Shown in pieces: positions 26,755 to 38,800 of a stretch of 64,000 nucleotides of DNA. The stretch is taken from positions 16,839,101 through 16,903,100 of the forward strand of contig NC_134025.1 of the NCBI RefSeq assembly GCF_964204645.1, given 5' to 3'. Each line of letters starts with the position of its first letter. Within the stretch, counting starts at the first letter, position 1. The stretch comes from Tubulanus polymorphus (taxonomy: Eukaryota; Animalia; Nemertea). The notes beneath the pieces were generated by a model. That model ran no database searches, had not been told where the DNA came from, and was given only the letters and a program-made list of their open reading frames with translations. The position numbers and the translations under genes are program-made.

Positions 26755-27299
26755 AGCATTATGAGTTTTCCGGTTTGCTCGGCTACCCGTACTGGCGGGG
26801 TAGTCTAGATAGGCAAATGAAAGCTCCGGTTTGCTGAACTACCCCTCTTTGCGGGGATGCGGTATGATGTTTGAGCTGACAGTTTCAAGTGGTTAATGGG
26901 TGTTTCAAGTGCTTACAACGATGCTTATTACTTAATGTGGTACATGGTGGTTTAAAAAAAGATTTCATAATAATACGCTCACCGCGTGGGCTTCGTACAA
27001 AGACCACTGCCTGTGGCCTTCCCAAATTTTAATTGTTCTGTCCGATTTGGTTTCGTCCAATTGAAAGACTGCCTTTTCCAGTTAGGGCATTTTTGGATCA
27101 CATCACTCAGGAAATGACTTACGCTTTTGGGCCCTTTCGTCGGTCCCACGTGTTTCATTTGAGCTATAGACCACATGGTGACACCATGATGGTCAGAAAC
27201 TGACCAATTGGGATATTCCCGAGTCTGAACACCTGACTGCGAATTTCGGAAATTTATCAAGTCATGTTTGTTTTCAAACTACCGAGGTATCATCATTGC

Positions 27300-27690
27300 A
27301 AATTCATAAAGTGACCATCACTGACCACCACTGACCAATTCAAACTTCTCGAATATGAGTTCGATATACCGCGTTATGGTGTCAAACTAGAAAGGATTCG
27401 CCATAAATATTGAGAATTCATAAATTGACCATCACTGACCACCACTGACCAATTCAAACTTCTCGAATATGAGAACGATATACCGCGTTATGGTGTCAAA
27501 CTAGAAAAGATTCGCCATTGAAAATTCATGAATTGACCATCACTGACCACCACTGACCAATTGAAACTTCTCGAATGTAAGAAAGATATACCGGTACCGC
27601 ATTTGGTGTGAAACTAGAAAGCATTCCCCATTAGAATTCATAAATTGACCATCACTGACCACCACTGCCCAAGTGAAACTTCTCGAATAT
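27300..27690. repeat. ~115-bp tandem repeat, about 3.5 copies
   Basis: attcataaattgaccatcactgaccaccactgaccaatt..aaacttctcgaat units; diverged relatives on the opposite strand at ~32050-32620. Confidence 0.85.
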
Positions 27691-29439
27691 GGTCGAATTC
27701 GAAAGTGTTTGTCGTCGTATTGTTATTTCTAGAGACCAGCAGTATGTTTTGCTACTGTTTCTGAATGGCGTTGACATGATGGAAATATATTACTCCTAAA
27801 TAGGTTACACATCTGGACCTCACTTGCCGCAGTGCGTTATTTTGACTGCATAGTAATGCTAATACATAAACTTTTTTACTACTTGACTCAAAGCTTGACG
27901 CGAATCATCGGAACAGTACTGCGTTTGAAAACGAATAGAAAATGTTTACGAGAAGCACCTGCAAATAAGTTATGATAAGATTAAATCTATGGTTAATCGA
28001 TACTTAAAAAAAACAATTAAATCACAGGCAAGATGACTAAGAACCGTCTTTCAACCAATCAGCGCGATGCCAATTAATTAAATCATTAAACGCATTAGGC
28101 TCCTAATATTTGTAATCATTTGTCGTTCTTTAAATTTGGCCACTTTTGTTTCAGAAAACCGCGTACTAGACCAGTGGTCACCAAGGCATTAAAAAAGTTT
28201 TGAAAATTCGATGGTAACGATTTGTCCGTCAAAAAACTGTTTCGTTAATATTTCAAGTTTTTTTTTAACTCTTGTACAGAATTCACTATATGAAAAGTGT
28301 TCATAGGAATTGAAATTCGGTGTGATATCAGTCACCTGTTACCCCTTTTTCATTGTCAGTTCTTTATTGCACTATCATGCGCTCTTCTAAAATAGAAAAG
28401 AACATGTGTGTTTCGTTATAAACAAGGTTAAATTCCAAACGCACATGAAATATCACACAATATACACATCTAGCATTTTCTCTAACTAGGCCCTTTCCAA
28501 ATGGCAATTGTTTAGTTTTTTTAACGGCCGACATTCAGAAGCACCTAAAAACCAGTGGTAGCGCTTGAGATTTTCAGTGTAGGTAGGGCACATCTCACAT
28601 CGACTCGGCTCGCAGTCGGTTCGTTTAATGGGAACACATCTGGTTGACACTAGTTTCACAGTAGACGAAATCAGAAAACTTTTTTCAAATGCCTTTGATA
28701 ACATCTTAAACATAGTATTCTTCTTAATTAGATTTCGTTGATTCCATAGATATGTTTTTATGAAAATTGCTCCAGTTATAACGGATTCATGTGAAATCAT
28801 TATTTTCAAAATATTCAATTTTCTCCGCTTTTGAAGAAATTCTGACACAATATCATCTCCACTCGACACATGATTTTACTTCGGCGCCTTTAAGGGAGTG
28901 TCCCTTAAAGTTGAGTTCTTACTTAGTCAAACAAGGAGATATGCCTGATTCCTTTTTAAAATTTAGATTTCGACAGATATCATCAAATTACTAGAAAGGG
29001 ACAGCAGCGTTCGGTCATCCACGAAAAATACCTAAAATGCAGTCCTGGGGTTATGGAAAAACAGGACACGAAACATACAGAAAAATCCTTTGTTTGGTTG
29101 ACTGAAATTATTATTGAACTCTTAAATAGCGACATTCAGAGAAACAAAAACATAAGAATATAATCTCGCCCACCCGTTAAAAAACATAACGTAATGATAT
29201 GAGGCCATGCGTCATCTTTAATTGAAATCACATTATATTCATTCTCATGCGAGGATGGGTCTCCAAATTCATAGGATAAGGAGAATAATGGTTTGAATGA
29301 TGAATACAACTGATAAAGCGCCAATTTCACTGATTCTTGCATATAAATGCTCAAAGGCGCTTTACAGTAATCGAGTAAACAGGTGCGTTTTTAGGAGTCT
29401 TTTGAATTTGAATTCAAATCGGGTGTTCATGACGACTAT

Positions 29440-29846
29440 AGGCGCTTTTACGAAACTGAATCTTTGTAAATCGATTTAAGTTTCACGTTTACCGCACGCG
29501 GTTTAGTGAATCCGATTTGGTAAATCAACTCGTTTATGGACGCGGTTTAGTAAATTGATTTATTAAATCGACTAACTTGCTCGGCGAGCAAGTTAGTGGC
29601 GATTTAGTCAGTGAAATCCAACATGGCGTCCTCTTCGACCGCGGGCTAAAGACATCTATTGCAGACCATCATCTATCAATAATTCGGTCACCATTGACGC
29701 CCATTTTCTTTCGAATCGCGACCTTTAAATTGATAAATTGATTCGACTCATTTACGAAAAACGATTCGATTTACTAATCCTTTCGTTTTCCAACATCGAA
29801 TCGGATTTAGCTAAACCGAATCGGATTCAATTTCGTAAAAGCGCCT
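29440..29846. mobile_element. PIF/Harbinger-like MITE
   Basis: TIR AGGCGCTTTTACGAAA/TTTCGTAAAAGCGCCT; 3-bp TAT duplication; left ~190 bp recurs inverted at 58157-58339. Confidence 0.8.
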
Positions 29847-32800
29847 TATAATTGAGCATTCTAGGGCTGGAGCAAGAAACGTGTGGGATCGTCCGCCAAG
29901 GTATCGCTAAGGAGTCAGTCCGTGGTGGCTTTTGAAAGCGACGACCGCATGTGAATGCATTGATTGAATGACATCACAAAAGTCAGATTATATAAAATTA
30001 AACATGATATACGGATAGGTTCTTCCAATTAGGCCTATACTGGTAAAAATGAAATGACCCAATATGTGATATAAATGTTCAATCAAAAAGTAGAAAGTGA
30101 ATCCGTAATTCCAGTATGGTAGGCCTATTGTTACAACATCGAACACTCAAATTCAATCCTTTGTTAAATTGGTAGCCAGTGTAGATGAGCAAGTATCGTG
30201 GTCCCTGATTTTAGTTATCGTAATAATTCAAGCCACGCGATTTTGAAGTTCAACAAGTTGGAGTTTGTGTAAAGATGAATGAGTTTGAAATGGAGTGGAC
30301 TTCAGATATTACTGTTTGCATGCCTATGCATGCCAAAAAAATTCCTTGTGTAAAGCTCAACTTTGTAAATTCCTGGAAAAGCTCGCCTCGGATATTTCAA
30401 TAATGATTAAACATTAATTTTCCCAACGAAAAACCTAAACAACCAATGTACGCTTGCTTTAAGTTTACCAACGCACTATCGTTGCTTTTTCTAGCTATTT
30501 GTACTGTTTTCCACAAAAAGATTGCATTCTTTATTACAGGATTTAAGGATACAACTCTAAAACCAGTTAGTTTAAATTAACCATTATACAATATGATACA
30601 TGACCAAATACACTGTTAATATGAAAAAGATCCACTATGTACACATTTCAAATCTCAAACCAAGTTTTATCATTAGAACATTACGACACAACGTTCGATC
30701 GTTCACTAGAGATCATCTTTTTGAATTTGTACACAGTGAATTTTCGTATCGTATTATGGTATTATCAATTCTCCGCATTTGAGTGTGACTATTCTACAAA
30801 TACAAAGTTATTTTTAGCAATGAAGTTTTAATTGTCATTTTAAATGTTAACTATCCACTGGTATGTAAACTTACTAACTTTTGGCAACTGACCTCAAATC
30901 GTGGAATGGGCTCAGGTAGCCTGCTGATCCACTCTTCATTAATACTACTAAAGAAATATTCAGTATAAGAAGTAAAAAGTATATTAGAGTACTATTTATC
31001 TTTATATCGCAATAATTTGTGTACGTATGATTGAAAAACGATATTCTATGGAGTCTCATGTTACGTACTTATGATTATTGTGTATAAGATCAATAATTAG
31101 CAACCCTCCACGGATACGAAGCGGCCTAAGTTTACATCCTACCATAATTTTCCCTAAACTCTCAGCATTATATCAAGATCGGTCTTAGAAAATATATGAA
31201 GGACGTGTTCACAGGTTAACGAGGCCAAAAATCTTCCTCAAAATTTCAAATTTTTACGAGCAAAGATAATATACTTCATGCTTTTGGTGCAGAAATAATG
31301 AATATCCACAAATTGCAAATTGTGATCAAAGTAAACGATCCGAGTGTGGAATTGTTTCGAATTCAGGGTTCTCCCATTTACTCTCCGGTATTTTACAATG
31401 TTTCAATAAGATACGTAAGTCGCACTTTTGTAGTGATACAGCTTTCTCTATCGGTCAGCGTTGTGATCACTTAAAATTACCCATTAGTTTGAATTCTCAC
31501 TGAACTACTACATCCCTTATAACGAATATATATTTCATATGAGGCGATTAACTTTGATGATCTGCGGTCAGTGGACAGCAGTTACGAAACATTCAAAACT
31601 ACTACATTATCTTCCATCTATTCATTATTCATTTAATGATATGATATGATATGATATGATATAATATCTCCTTTAGTGTTCAGTTTAAACGTCTTGAACG
31701 CAAATGTTTGACAAGTTTCGCATAATGGTACCGATACGCACGTTCACACTAGTGAAATGTGCACGTTACAGGCTCAAATGCGCACGTTACAATTACAAAT
31801 CGAAACGTTGTTCGTTCAAAACCCGATGTGAAAATCTTTTGCATTTAGTGGGAAATTTCAAAGTTAGCTTCCTACAATAAAAATTGGACAAGACTTTTAA
31901 AACGACACATTTAATAAGAGTAGTACTGACGAAGGATTCAGGCAATACCCCGTGTTATTTCTAAAAACATTTAACCGGTAATTAGACAGTACTGGTGTAG
32001 CTTGTACAGGTAAAAGAGTTGTTATATTTACGTTCAGACCGAATGAAATTATTTGATACGAGACACGACTAAGTTGTGTCCGAAACAGATAAATATAGCT
32101 ATGTGGTCAGTATTGGTCAAGATTTGGTCACTTGAATAGTTGTTAGATGAAAGCCCACACCATTTCTAATTATTTGACACCAAACACGACTGTGTTGCTT
32201 CTAGAATAAACAAATTACTTTAAGGTCAGTATTGGTAAAATATTGGTCAGTTAAATAGTTGTTAGATCATAGCCCGCATCGTATCTAGTAGCTCGACGCC
32301 CAAACACGATTTTATTGCTTTACTAAACATAAGAATTACATATGGTGGGTTCTAGTTAGTGGTAACTGGTCAGTACTGGTCAAGCATTGGTCAGTTAAAC
32401 AATTTTTAGTTTAATGTCCACATTATATCTAGTTATTTGACACCAAACAACTTAATTGTTTGCAAAACAGATAATTTACTATATAGCCAGTACTGGTCAT
32501 GCATTGGTCAGTTGATAGACCAAGGTCCACGCCACGAGTTATTTGATACTAAACATGATTGTGTCGTTTCCGAAAATTTATCTGTTGGGCAATTTGTGGT
32601 CAGCCCTGGTTCGTTGGTTCTTATTTTGCGGGCATTTTATCTCGAACCACCGAAAGACTGAATTACTAATCAATTCAACAGATCATTAATTAATGGAAAT
32701 GAAGATCAGTGTTAACTAAGTCCTTAGTCTGAATAAAATGTATGTGGTATTATACGGGTGCTATGGTGCTGCACACCGAACTGTAACTTTTTATTTTCAC

Positions 32801-34194
32801 TACTACTGTAATTGACTATGATGTTTTCAAGTGGTCTTAAGTACCGCTAATAGCCGAAAGTCGTTGATTTATGTGAAATTTACACACGGCGCCACCCGTT
32901 GGTAGTAAAAGTCACCCGAGCAATACGGGTGTTAATAGATACGCTAGCAAACCGGCATTCTCATAATGGTTCATATATAAGCGCGTAAACTCCGGGGAAA
33001 TCCTGGGTAAAAGTGCAGATCTGCACCTCTCGTGATTGATGCAACCTACTGATGGACAGAATCCAGGCTAAAATCTTTCTAGTGAAGATATCTTAAAATT
33101 TAACCAATGGCAATCGCAATGTACCCCATCCTCGCTTGCCAGGGGTCCGGTATCACTCCCGAACTCGCTTCCACCAGCCCCCTGGCCTCACGAAGCGTGA
33201 TTTCATTACTGGCGCTGTTGCGCGTGACGTCATATATCGATTTGCGAAATACTTCCTTGTTCGGTAAAACGTTCGCTGATTGGTCAATTTAACGGGAAAA
33301 CCAACAGAAGTCTACTGACGGTTTGTTACAAGCGCTGTGATTGGTACGACCGGATTCTGGTCGGCTAGTAACGACTCCAACGACTCGTGAGGTCAAGGGG
33401 TTCGGGGAACAGCTATAGCGTAGTGGGTTCGAATCCCTTGACGGGTGAAGATGAATGTACCCCAGGAACAGGCACAATGACCGATGTACGACGTCGGATT
33501 TTGGTTGATATTTAGTCAAAGCGCATAATGACGTAAAACTTACGTCCTATTCATGTCGCGCTATTGCCAGATAATATAATTTCGGTTGTTATCTGGTCAC
33601 ATCACGGTTCGACGTAAATCTGATGTCGTGGTTACGTCACAAAATTATCAAAAAGTGCCGAACTTGTCCCGTCGTAAGTGACGCAAGACCGACGCCGCGA
33701 TATGGCAAATTATTTTTGTCCGGATTTTGGTTGATTCATTGATTACGACACGACGCAAGACTCAACGTTAACTGAAATTACAGTGCAGAGGTTACCGGGT
33801 GCAGAAAGCTGCTGGCCAATACGCGGTCGTGCAGTTTGATTTTTCAAACCCATTCCCAAACATCGCAAAAATCCGCATTTTTATATTTAATCACACAAAT
33901 ATTGCTATATTTATTTATTTGTCGTATACTTTGGCGATGTCTCAATATTAAATCTTAATTAAATTGTTTAAGCTGGTGGGATTCGAACCTAAAACATACT
34001 ATGACGTCATTGGGATACCATCTGTCTCAGGGATTCCCTCATCGATAGGCGCGAGTGGTTTAATTTTGAAAATGTTTGCTCAGTTTTAAATTGGCACTCG
34101 TTGAAGATCTCATTACAAGGTAATGATGACTGACTATCCGTAGATACTTGTTCAGGACGAATTTTAACTGACGTTGTTTTGATGTAAGGTTAAA

Positions 34195-34870
34195 AGGCTT
34201 GTCGACAAGCAACGCGACGCCTACCGACTCCTACCGACGCAACTGAGCAACTGCAATCGCAGCCCAGCTTATAATGTCGACTGCGCTCCGATTCGCAGCA
34301 ACTGAGGCCGACTAGCGGGATATGAGATCCTCCCAGTTGCTTCCCTGCTTATGTCGGTTGCGATTACTAGCAACTGCAACAGCTCAAATGGTCACGTGAT
34401 AAGCATTTTGAGAATAAATTCGAATTATTAGGAAATATATTTCTATTAGAAAAGCTATTTCTTTGAGACTTTGATTTTTCTGATTCTGTTTTGAATACAA
34501 CGTGCTAGCGACATCATATAACGATGGCCGCTCACACCATAATTCTCCCAATTTCGTTTCTAGATCTTCGGTCCAGTCCTCTGCCGTGCTGAAGGTTTGG
34601 TTTACGTTTTGAACTACTTGAATTTGAAAGTTTATGACTAATTACGAATGACGCTAACTAGCGGTGATAATTTGTACTATGTATACGCGGTCTCTCATTG
34701 GCTGGAACCCCTGCGCTCAGTTCCGTCGCGTCGCAGATGAGCTTATGTCGGCTGCGATCGAAAGCAACTGCCCGCCTTCCGTAGGCCGGAGTAGAACATG
34801 GGCAACTAGCCGGATACGGCTGGCGACGAGTCGGTAGGCGTCGCGTTGCCGTCGCAAGCCGGCTTATGTC
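34195..34870. mobile_element. Left part of a MITE split by Polinton copy B (right part 52802-52920)
   Basis: gtcgacaagcaacgcgacgcctaccgac at ~34201 is inverted at ~52880-52908; repeated GCTTATGTCG motifs. Confidence 0.75.
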
Positions 34871-35468
34871 AGTAATAGGGGTAATGGGCTTTCATACCAA
34901 AGGTCGAACGGTCGAGCTCATTAAAAAACAAAACATTAAAAGTAATTTAAAACTATAATATATTTTCATAACCGTGTGCATTTTATATTAAAACTAAATA
35001 TTTATTCTAAGATATCAATAATTTAAAAAGCATATTATATTAAATCAATTGGTCGCTCCACTTCGCTACCGCTCCGCTCCGCGACCAATTGATTTATTTA
35101 CAATACACAAATTCATATAATCAAATATATTCAAATAATAATAATTATTCTATTATTCAACTGAAATACACACGGTTATGCAAATATATTATAGTTTTAA
35201 ATTACTTTTAATATTTGTTATTAATGAACTCGACCATTCAACCTTTGATATGAAAGCCCATTACCCCTATTACTCTTAAAATATTCATATAAATGAATAA
35301 CATTTAAATCATTGAACTTCTAAAATCAATTTTAATAAAAAATTTAGTATTAAAATGGAAGCAAATAAGTACTACTGTCCAACATGTAATATCAATATAG
35401 ATAAATCCCAAAAAGCAAGACACAATAAAACTAAAACACATTTAGAGAATAAATTGAAACTAGAATAT
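34871..35468 (+). repeat. Left terminal inverted repeat (first 404 bp form an imperfect hairpin)
   Basis: Reverse complement of 52204-52801 with about six mismatches counted by eye; includes the first 38 codons of the Zn-finger ORF. Confidence 0.95.
35330..35357 (+). promoter_or_regulatory. Palindromic start motif TTTTAATA-N10-TATTAAAA(TG)
   Basis: Recurs at 39399-39425, 46237-46262, the right TIR and 55648-55675 (-). Confidence 0.55.
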
Positions 35469-35894
35469 GAAGATGATATATTAGAAACTAAATTAGATGA
35501 ATTAAAGAATGAAAAAGAAGCATACAAATGTGATACATGTAATCAATCATTTAGTGATAAAAGATATTATAATGAACATTTAAAATCTAAAAGTCATATT
35601 AGAAATATGAATAATGATATTTTAGGAGAAGATTATTTTGATAATGATAACGATAAGAAACATAAGACAATTAAAAGAATAAGAAATAAATTAAACAATA
35701 AAAGACCATACATGGAAGATGTAAGAAAATATATTAATTTATTGGATAATAAAAAAGATATTGAGATAACCGAAGCATTTAAAAGTGATATTGGTCCAGC
35801 AGCTATCGAGTTTAAATTTCATAAAGGAAAAACATTAGAAGAAAATAAAAAAACATTTAGAAAATATGAAAGAAATAATAAAAATAATAACTGA
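35355..35894 (+). CDS. C2H2-type zinc-finger protein; probably the frameshift-separated N-terminus of pPolB
   Basis: YCPTC..HNKTKTH and YKCDTC..HLKSKSH; overlaps polB, with an A7 run at 35847-35853 joining the frames. Confidence 0.75.
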   Translation: MEANKYYCPTCNINIDKSQKARHNKTKTHLENKLKLEYEDDILETKLDELKNEKEAYKCDTCNQSFSDKRYYNEHLKSKSHIRNMNNDILGEDYFDNDNDKKHKTIKRIRNKLNNKRPYMEDVRKYINLLDNKKDIEITEAFKSDIGPAAIEFKFHKGKTLEENKKTFRKYERNNKNNN

Positions 35895-38800
35895 TGTTGA
35901 ATATCCTAAAATTAGTATATCAGTTAAAGTAAAGTTTATAAAATCTGAAGATAAACCAATATACAATATAAATTCTCATTCACAACATATTATATCAAAA
36001 CAACATATAGATGACAAATTAGATAAATGTTATAATGAAGTAAAAACTAAAATAGAAGAGAAATATTTTGAAGGATCTGGTTTAATATTTGATGAAATAA
36101 TATTTATGACTTTACATGTTTATAACACAAAATATAATAAGTTAACTAAATCAAAACCAATTGATGAAAATAATGTATCATATTATAAAGAACCAGATAT
36201 TGAAGCATCGAGTTATATTAAACTACCATTTAAAACTAATGCTGTTATAAATGTACAAAATGAAGATGATAAATGTTTTCTATGGGCTATAATAAGTTGT
36301 TTACACCCAACAGAAGATATTACACATAGTTTTAGATTAACTCATTATAAACCATTTGAAAATAATTATAAGATAGATAAGTATCCTGTTAGAATTAAAA
36401 ACATCCCAAAGATAGAAAGAGATAATAATATAAAGATAAATGTATCTGATTTAATCAAATTACCAAATACAAAAGGTAACAATATAAAACATTATACATT
36501 AGAACCTTTATACCTATCAAAAGATTATGATTCAAACGGTGTTATAGATATATTATATTATGAGAATCATTATATGTGGATTAAACAAATAGATTTATTT
36601 TTTAAATCAGAAAATGATCACCATAAAATATATCTTTGTAGAAAATGTTTACATAGATTCAGTAATGAAAGTACATTATTAAATCATAAACATTTATGTG
36701 AAAATCATGATTATTGTAAATTAGTTTTACCAAATGAAAAGGATAAAATATTAGAATTCAAAAAATATGATTACAAAAATAAAGTTCCATTTGTAATATA
36801 TGGAGGTTTTGAATCATTAAATAAAGAATTAACTGATCAAGATAGAAAAGAAATATATTATAAAAGAAAGAAATTAAATTCTAATGAAAATGATTTTTCA
36901 GATGAACCACCAAAAACAAATACTATTAAAAAGATTCATCAATCAGCTGCAGCTTTCGGGTTATATATTAAATCTGATTATCCAGAACTAATTGAAAGTG
37001 AATATTATCATTACAGAAATGAAAATGTTATCAATCATTTTTGTGACTTATTAATTGAATATGAAATAAGATTTAGTAAATTATATAATACAAATATAGA
37101 AATTATAATGACAGAAGAAGATAAAGAAGAATTTGCGTTTGCAGGTAAATGTTATTATTGTGAAAAGATATTTAATTATAAAGATAAAAAAGTAAGAGAC
37201 CATGATCATTTGAATGGAAAGTTTAGAGGCGGCGCACATGAGAATTGTAACTTACAAGCTAAGAAAATTAACTTTGTACCAGTTATATTTCATAATCTAT
37301 CAGGATACGATGCACATTTATTCATCAAACAGTTATGCCATAAAATAGAAGAAATCAATAATGAAATAGAAATATTAAATTCAAATAGATCAAAAGATAA
37401 AATACCAACTTATAAATTTAGAATGTTAGCTAAAACATCTGAGAATTATATATCATTCCAATTTGGTTGCCTAAGATTTATAGATTCATATAGATTTTTA
37501 AATAGTTCATTAGATAACTTATCAAAATCATTAGTTGATGATGAATTAAAAATATTAAAGCAACATTACCCAAATAATGATGATTTTCAATTAATGAGAT
37601 ATAAAGGAGCAATTCCATATTCATTTTATAAATCACATAATGATTTCAATATGACTGAATTATTGAAAGAACAATTCTATGATGAATTAAAAAATGAATA
37701 TGTTAAAGATGAAGTCTATAATAGAACATTGAATATTTGGAATCATTTCAAAATAGAAAATCATGGGCAATTAGTAGATTTATATTTAAAATCAGATGTA
37801 TTATTATTAACCGATATATTCGAAAGGTTTAGAGATGTTAACCTAAAATATTTCAACATTGATCCTTGTCATTGTTATTCATCACCAGGATTAACATGGG
37901 ATTGTGGATTAAAATTTACAAATATAAAAATGGATTCGTTAACAAATATAGATCAATTACTATTATTTGAAAAATCTATAAGAGGAGGAGTTTCAGGTGT
38001 ATTAGGTGATAGATATTTCAATGTAAATGATAACCCTGGATATAAGTTATTATATATAGATGCAAATAATTTGTATGGTTGGGCAATGATGGAACCACAA
38101 CCTTATGGAGTATTTGAATTAACTGAAGTTTTACAGAATGAAAATAATGATAAATTTGATTGGAAGAAAAGAATCCTAGATATTGCAGATGATTCAGATA
38201 CTGGTTACTTCTTTGTTGTAGATTTAGAATATCCTGAACATATTAAATTTAAATCTAGAAATCTAGCATACTGCCCCGAACATAAAACTGTAACTCATGA
38301 AGAATTATCAAATTATCAAAAAAGAATTAAACCCGAAAATCATATTCATACAGAAAAGTTAATGGTAACTCAAGAAGATAAATATAATTATATAGTACAT
38401 TATAGAATGTTAAAGTTTTATCTAAAACAAGGAATGGTTCTAAAAAAAGTACATAGATATATTTCATTTAGTCAATCTAAGTGGTTAGAAAAATATATAG
38501 ATTTTAACATCAAACAGAGAACTAAAGCTAAAACTGATTTCGAAAAAGATTTCTATAAGTTAATGAATAATGCATTCTATGGTAAGACTTGTGAAAACAT
38601 TAGAAATAGAAATGATATTGAGTTAGTCAGTAATGGTAAAAGAATTAGACACTTACAATCATATCCTAAGTTCATTGGTAACAGAATATTTGATGAAAAT
38701 TTAGCCGCAGTTAAGATGAGAAGAACATCAATGAAATTTAATAAACCAATCTATGTTGGCGCTTCAGTTTTAGAATTATCAAAATTACTAATGTATGAAT

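Noticed and set aside
27300-27690. CRISPR-like repeat
   Set aside because: Whole units are repeated, with no unique spacers and no cas genes; eukaryotic minisatellite
33420-33445. tRNA genes at GGTTCGAATCCC-like motifs (also ~10921, 16750, 33978, 60410)
   Set aside because: Only B-box/T-loop-like fragments; no cloverleaf could be built; at most SINE remnants
7900-33519. Numerous 60-160-aa ORFs in the host region
   Set aside because: No recognisable motifs; they fall in repeats or antisense to real genes
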